Origin: a virus
Taxonomy: Duplodnaviria > Caudoviricetes
IMG/VR virus record: IMGVR_UViG_3300025674_000059
Location: 1-52,782 of that record
Direction: 5' to 3' (one strand)
DNA length: 52,782 bases
Shown here: one piece after another, positions 48,161-52,782 of the stretch
Numbering within the stretch: the first letter of the stretch is position 1
Layout: every line of letters starts with the position of its first letter
Made by a program: the position numbers and the translations under genes
The notes under the pieces: generated by a model
What the model was told of the DNA's origin: nothing
What the model saw: only the letters and a program-made list of their open reading frames with translations
The model's database searches: none

Positions 48161-48168
48161 TAATTACA

Positions 48169-48678
48169 ATGGCACAGACCACTTTTGCTGGCCCGATCAA
48201 ATCTTTGGCGGGTTTTATAAATGCAGGTGTTAACACTACTGTTAGCCTAACTGCAGACACTTCGCTAACTGTTGCAGCTCACGCAGGTAAAATCCTGCTA
48301 TGTAACGATGCGGATGGAAAGTTTACGCTTCCTTCGATTGTTACTACTGCCCCAACTGATCCTACTTCCCCTGATCAAGCTAATAATGTAGGCGCGTCTT
48401 TCTTTTTCTATATTGAAACTGCAGCCACAGATTTGGACATTTTGACGGACGGCACTGATAAGTTTAAAGGCGCTGCCGTGGTCGCTGTTGATGACAGCAC
48501 TAAAAAGGCATTTATTCCAGGAGCATCAAACGATGTGATGACTCTGAATGGTTCAACTAAAGGTGGTTTGGTCGGCAGTGTTGTTCAAGTAACGGCGATT
48601 GATGCTGCGACCTATCTTGTACACAATACTTTATTGCTTGGCTCCGGAACGATTGTTACGCCTTTTGCTGACGCATAA
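48169..48678 (+). CDS. Structural protein (head/neck)
   Basis: MAQTTFAGPIKS...TPFADA; GAGG RBS. Confidence 0.65.
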   Translation: MAQTTFAGPIKSLAGFINAGVNTTVSLTADTSLTVAAHAGKILLCNDADGKFTLPSIVTTAPTDPTSPDQANNVGASFFFYIETAATDLDILTDGTDKFKGAAVVAVDDSTKKAFIPGASNDVMTLNGSTKGGLVGSVVQVTAIDAATYLVHNTLLLGSGTIVTPFADA

Positions 48679-48732
48679 GAGTTATAACGATTAAATTAGG
48701 GGAAGGGTTCTTCCCCTTATGGGAGATAAGAT

Positions 48733-49140
48733 ATGGCTGATGCAGTTAGTACAACTGTTTTAAGTGACGGTACTCACAGAGCTGTTATACAGATAACCAA
48801 CCTTAGTGACGGCACTGGTGAAGCAGCAGTTACAAAAGTAGACGTTAGTAGTTTGGCTCCGAGAGCAGACGGCACTGCATGTTCAAGCGTTCGAATTGAA
48901 AAAGTAGCTCATTCCATAACGGGTTTTACTCAGGTACAACTTTTGTGGAATGCTACTGCCGACACAATCGCACTGGCTTTAGCAGAAGCAAGTAATGGTC
49001 ATATGGACTTTAGTGAGTTCGGGGGACTATACAATACAGCAGGTTCTGGTAAAAACGGTGATATTAACCTAACCACGTTAGGTGCCGCGTCAAACGATAC
49101 TTATGTCATTATTCTCGATCTGATAAAGAACTACGGCTAA
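48733..49140 (+). CDS. Conserved structural protein
   Basis: MADAV...SDGTGE.AV.KVDVS.L motif. Confidence 0.65.
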   Translation: MADAVSTTVLSDGTHRAVIQITNLSDGTGEAAVTKVDVSSLAPRADGTACSSVRIEKVAHSITGFTQVQLLWNATADTIALALAEASNGHMDFSEFGGLYNTAGSGKNGDINLTTLGAASNDTYVIILDLIKNYG

Positions 49141-49808
49141 TGGCGACCTCTGGAACTAGGACGTTTACTTTAACTGCTGCTGATGCTATTGAAGAAGCAT
49201 ATGAACTAGCAGGTCTTGAATACCGTACCGGATATGATGGAGTAACGGCTAGACGGTCTATGAACATTATGTTTGCAGACTGGTCTAACCGAGGCATTCA
49301 GATTTGGGAAGTAGAGCAGGTGTCTCTTGATTTAGTTCAAGGGACAACCACCTACGACCTAAATCAGTACGATATTGATGTACTAGACGCAGTAATCCGA
49401 AGAACTACTAATGGTATACAAACAGATTTTCAAATAGACCGTATAAATCGCGGAGATTATCTAGATATACCAAATAAAGAGACTCAAGCGAGAGTTACTC
49501 AATATTATGTTGAGAGAACGATAACTCCCAAACTATATGTTTGGCCTGCTCCTGAAAACTCTACGGATAAGTTTGTTTCTTATCGTTGGAAACGTATTCA
49601 AGATATTTCTGCTTCTGTAGACGATGTTGATTTACCTAGTCGTTTTCTTCCGTGTTTAACTACAGGATTAGCTTTCAACCTAGCATTGAAAAAGAACCCT
49701 GAAAAAGCAGGGTTGTTGCAGCCCTTGTACGAACAAAATTTAGTTAACGCAATTAAGTACGATGACGATAGTTCATTACGATTGGTTCCTAGACGGACAT
49801 ATCTCTAA
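49140..49808 (+). CDS. Head-tail connector/tail tubular protein
   Basis: MATSGT...IEEAYE..G, ARRS.N...WSNRG and PSRF.PCL..GLA motifs. Confidence 0.7.
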   Translation: MATSGTRTFTLTAADAIEEAYELAGLEYRTGYDGVTARRSMNIMFADWSNRGIQIWEVEQVSLDLVQGTTTYDLNQYDIDVLDAVIRRTTNGIQTDFQIDRINRGDYLDIPNKETQARVTQYYVERTITPKLYVWPAPENSTDKFVSYRWKRIQDISASVDDVDLPSRFLPCLTTGLAFNLALKKNPEKAGLLQPLYEQNLVNAIKYDDDSSLRLVPRRTYL

Positions 49809-50176
49809 TGGCTTTTGCGGTAGGTAAGTATTCACACGCTGTCTGTGATCGCTGTGGTTTTAGGTATAAGTATCTTGAGCTGCGTATGGAATGGACAGGG
49901 TTTAAGGTTTGTTCAGAGTGTTATGAACCTAAACACCCTCAGTTAGATCCGCCCCACCATTTAACTGACCCTCAAGCCTTGAGACAAGCAAGACCTGAAG
50001 TACCGTTACCGCAATCTGAATTAGGACGAGTTTTTACAACGGGGCCGAGTAATACTACAGTCAGCGGAGTAAATGTTGGAGGGCAGCCTTTAGCGATAGT
50101 TGACCCAATAGGTACTAAGTTTGAAGGTGTTTTTGCAACCGGCAGTATTGGGCAAGTTGAGGTAGAAACTACATGA
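49808..50176 (+). CDS. Zn-binding conserved phage protein
   Basis: CDRCGF...VCSEC.EPKHPQ. Confidence 0.7.
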   Translation: MAFAVGKYSHAVCDRCGFRYKYLELRMEWTGFKVCSECYEPKHPQLDPPHHLTDPQALRQARPEVPLPQSELGRVFTTGPSNTTVSGVNVGGQPLAIVDPIGTKFEGVFATGSIGQVEVETT

Positions 50177-50808
50177 GTTTTACGTTAGCGACTTTAAAAT
50201 CTACCGTACAGGATTACTGTGAAACTGCAGAAACAACTTTCGTTTCTGATTTAGATACGTTTATTAAAGAAGCTGAGGAGCGGATCTTAAAAGCCGTAGA
50301 ACTCCCAGTCTTTAGAAAAAACGTAACAGGTTCTGCTTCCGCCAGTAATACATATTTAAGTACGCCGACGGACTTTTTAGCACCCTACAGTTTGGCTGTA
50401 ATTTCCAGCAGCGTGTATAGCTATTTATTATATAAGCACGTTTCTTTTATTAGAGATTACACTCCTAATCCCGCGACAACAGGGGTTCCTAAGTATTACG
50501 CTTTATTTGACGATAATACTTTTATGTTAGCGCCTACTCCAGATCAAGGGTATTCGTTTGAACTACACTATAAATATCGGCCTGCGTCGTTAACTACGAC
50601 TTCAGGCTCAGAAACGACATGGCTTTCTGACAATGCTCCCGATGCGATGTTATACGGTACTTTAGTTGAAGCAGCTACGTTCTTAAAAGTTCCTGAAGAA
50701 GTTGCGCAATATGAACAACGCTTTGTTCAAGCAGTAAATGGTCTTAAAAACTTAGGCCAAGGCTATGGCTCCCGAGACGAATATCGGTACGATATTTCTA
50801 AAGGATAA
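50173..50808 (+). CDS. Head-tail adaptor protein
   Basis: FI..AE.RI, G.PKYYA, APTPD and LYG.L.EA motifs. Confidence 0.7.
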   Translation: MSFTLATLKSTVQDYCETAETTFVSDLDTFIKEAEERILKAVELPVFRKNVTGSASASNTYLSTPTDFLAPYSLAVISSSVYSYLLYKHVSFIRDYTPNPATTGVPKYYALFDDNTFMLAPTPDQGYSFELHYKYRPASLTTTSGSETTWLSDNAPDAMLYGTLVEAATFLKVPEEVAQYEQRFVQAVNGLKNLGQGYGSRDEYRYDISKG

Positions 50809-50813
50809 ATAAA

Positions 50814-51104
50814 ATGTTGATTGAAGCTCCGCAGATGGAGATAGGCGAAGTATTTGTAACAACGACTATAAATAAAGGACATGATCCTGAGTTTTGGGCA
50901 GAGGCTGCATCAAATAGAATTGTAAGTGTTGGAGGCAATTGCCATCCTTTGATAGCGCAACAGGCAGAAGCATTCAAAGAAGCGGTTAGGGCTACGGCTC
51001 TACATTACATAAAAGAAGCGATTAAGAGCGACAGAACGACGCTGATTGCCGAACTGGAACGTCAAGGCCATAAAGACATGGCAGACATAATTAGGAGTCT
51101 ATAA
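50814..51104 (+). CDS. Conserved hypothetical protein
   Basis: AAGGA RBS; QAEAFK...AI.SDR.T motif. Confidence 0.65.
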   Translation: MLIEAPQMEIGEVFVTTTINKGHDPEFWAEAASNRIVSVGGNCHPLIAQQAEAFKEAVRATALHYIKEAIKSDRTTLIAELERQGHKDMADIIRSL

Positions 51105-51535
51105 TGGCTATTACGACTGCAATGTGTACGTCTTTCAAAAAAGAGCTTATGGAGGCTGTACACAACTTTAAAAACTCGGGCGGTAGTACGTTCAATTTAG
51201 CGTTGTACACAAGCTCTGCGACATTAGACGCAAGCACCACAGCTTATACCGCAACCAACGAAGTGTCCGGTACTGGCTATACGGCTAAAGGCGCTGCGCT
51301 AACTCGTGTAGACCCAACGACATCGGGAACTACTGCGTTTACAGACTTTGATGATTTGACGTTTAGCTCTAGCAGTATTACCGCAAGAGGCGCACTGATA
51401 TTTAATGATAGTGCTTCTGGCGATCCGTCTGTTTGTGCATTAGATTTTGGCGGAGATAAAACATCTAGCTCAGGGGATTTTACTATTCAGTTCCCGACAG
51501 CGGATGCGTCTAACGCGATCATACGAATCGCATAG
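51104..51535 (+). CDS. Tail-associated structural protein
   Basis: MAIT.A.C.SFK.EL, ARGALI.N and LDFG.DK...G.FTIQFP...AI.RIA motifs. Confidence 0.7.
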   Translation: MAITTAMCTSFKKELMEAVHNFKNSGGSTFNLALYTSSATLDASTTAYTATNEVSGTGYTAKGAALTRVDPTTSGTTAFTDFDDLTFSSSSITARGALIFNDSASGDPSVCALDFGGDKTSSSGDFTIQFPTADASNAIIRIA

Positions 51536-51545
51536 CGAGTAATAT

Positions 51546-52379
51546 GTGGCAGATCTTAATGGGTGGGGCAGAGGCACTTGGGGCGAAGGCCCGTGGGGTC
51601 AAGCAACTCCTGTTGAGGTTACAGGTGTTGCAGCTGCTGGGGCGGTCGGTTCCGTTACAGTTTCTGCGGATGCGAATGTTTCTGTTACAGGTGTTGCAGC
51701 AACGGGGTCGATTGGCTCCGTTACGATTGTTGAAGGAACGGGCGTTACCGTTTCTGTTACGGGAGTGGCAGGAACGGGAGCTATCGGAACGGTTACTGTA
51801 TCGTCAGATGCGAATGTTAGTGTTACTGGCATTTCTGGCACTGGAGCGGTTGGTACAGTTACGGTCAGCGCAGATGCGAATGTTTCAGTCACTGGAGTCG
51901 CAGGTACTTCAGCTGTTGGAACGGCTACAGTCAGCGCAGATGCGAATGTTTCAGTCACTGGGATTGCAGGTACAGGGTCAGTTGGAACCGTTACTGCGAC
52001 AGGAGATGCGGTATTTGCTGTTACAGGTGTGGCAGGTACTTCAGCAGTCGGCACAGTCACTATTGGGTTGGGCCAAACGATTGTTCCAACGGGTGTCGAA
52101 GGCACTGGAGCGGTTGGTAATGTAGTTGTTGTTGGTGGCGCTGTTGTTAGTGTTACGGGAGTATCTGCGACAGCGGAGATAGGGTATTTTAATGTTTGGG
52201 GGTTAGTAAATGACGCTCAAACGCCAAATTGGAATAATATAACGGATAGTCAGACTCCTGGGTGGACTGATGTTTCAGACAGTCAAACCCCTAATTGGAA
52301 TAATATAACGGATAGTCAGACTCCTGGGTGGGCTGATGTTTCAGACAGTCAAACCCCTAATTGGGATGAGGTAGCTTAA
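51546..52379 (+). CDS. Repetitive tail-fibre-associated protein
   Basis: GWGRGTWGEGPWG start; VTGV..TG.VG.VT repeats; QTP(N/G)W C-terminal repeats. Confidence 0.7.
   Translation: MADLNGWGRGTWGEGPWGQATPVEVTGVAAAGAVGSVTVSADANVSVTGVAATGSIGSVTIVEGTGVTVSVTGVAGTGAIGTVTVSSDANVSVTGISGTGAVGTVTVSADANVSVTGVAGTSAVGTATVSADANVSVTGIAGTGSVGTVTATGDAVFAVTGVAGTSAVGTVTIGLGQTIVPTGVEGTGAVGNVVVVGGAVVSVTGVSATAEIGYFNVWGLVNDAQTPNWNNITDSQTPGWTDVSDSQTPNWNNITDSQTPGWADVSDSQTPNWDEVA
52218..52364 (+). repeat. 66-bp in-frame tandem repeat (about 2.2 copies)
   Basis: Units start at 52218, 52284 and 52350. Confidence 0.9.
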
Positions 52380-52381
52380 AA

Positions 52382-52782
52382 ATGGCAACTTACGTTAATG
52401 ATCTACGCCTAAAAGAAATATCTACCGGCGATGAGTCAGGTACTTGGGGAACCAGTACGAACACTAATCTTGAGTTGATTGGTGAAGCTCTTGGATACGC
52501 GACTGAACAGTCTTTTAGCTCAGACGCCGATGCTACGACTACAGTAGCTGACGGTGTTTCTGATCCCGCTCGAGCAATGTATTTCAAGGTCACATCCGCA
52601 GTCAGTCTGACGGCTACTAGAACTCTTACCATTGCGCCAAACACCGTTTCTCGTGTCATGTTCATCGAGAATGCGACCAGCGGCTCTCAGTCTATCGCTA
52701 TCAGCCAAGGCTCTGGCGCGAATGTGACGATTGCGACGGGCAAAACTGCGATTGTTTATTTAGACGGCGCAGGATCTGGTGC
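52382..52782 (+). CDS. Tail fibre protein, N-terminal part (truncated by window)
   Basis: MATYVNDLRLKEISTGDESGTWGTSTNTNLELI anchor motif; frame open to the window end. Confidence 0.75.
   Translation, partial: MATYVNDLRLKEISTGDESGTWGTSTNTNLELIGEALGYATEQSFSSDADATTTVADGVSDPARAMYFKVTSAVSLTATRTLTIAPNTVSRVMFIENATSGSQSIAISQGSGANVTIATGKTAIVYLDGAGSG

Noticed and set aside
51544-52125. 193-aa overlapping + strand ORF (and antisense 51599-52105)
   Set aside because: Shadow frames produced by the repetitive Val/Thr/Gly codons of 51546-52379; no frameshift signal seen
1-52782. Stop-codon reassignment, diversity-generating retroelement, integrase, or phage RNA polymerase
   Set aside because: Genes are intact under the standard code with all three stops used; no RT, recombinase or RNAP motifs recognised

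Overview
The window is most of a circularly permuted tailed-phage genome with podovirus-like organisation, resembling uncultured marine proteobacterial phages (host not determinable from sequence). Order: lysis cassette, tail and putative internal virion (ejection) proteins (0.1-14 kb); a reverse-strand SNF2 helicase; a replication block (SSB, primase, UvrD-like helicase, PolA); an early region of small ORFs separated by repeated promoter-hairpin cassettes (27-35 kb); terS, a probable packaging or genome-end region, terL, portal, GroES, scaffold, Mu-gpT-like capsid and tail genes. The standout is a thymidine-modification operon at 20.7-26.5 kb: DenV-like glycosylase, class I SAM methyltransferase, 5-hmdU DNA kinase-type protein, dUMP hydroxymethylase, Nmad1-like protein and PolA. 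It lacks the amino acid:DNA transferase of known pathways, suggesting a new base chemistry. Other signals: CCNGG occurs only as Pro-Gly codons and almost always as CCWGGA; Gly-Pro codons avoid GGWCC; a 16x GATC cluster at the end of terS; inverted iteron-like repeats bracketing the early block; two candidate structured RNAs; and a recurrent xxGG motif in virion proteins. All family assignments are from motif recognition by eye and all counts are manual; no database searches were run.
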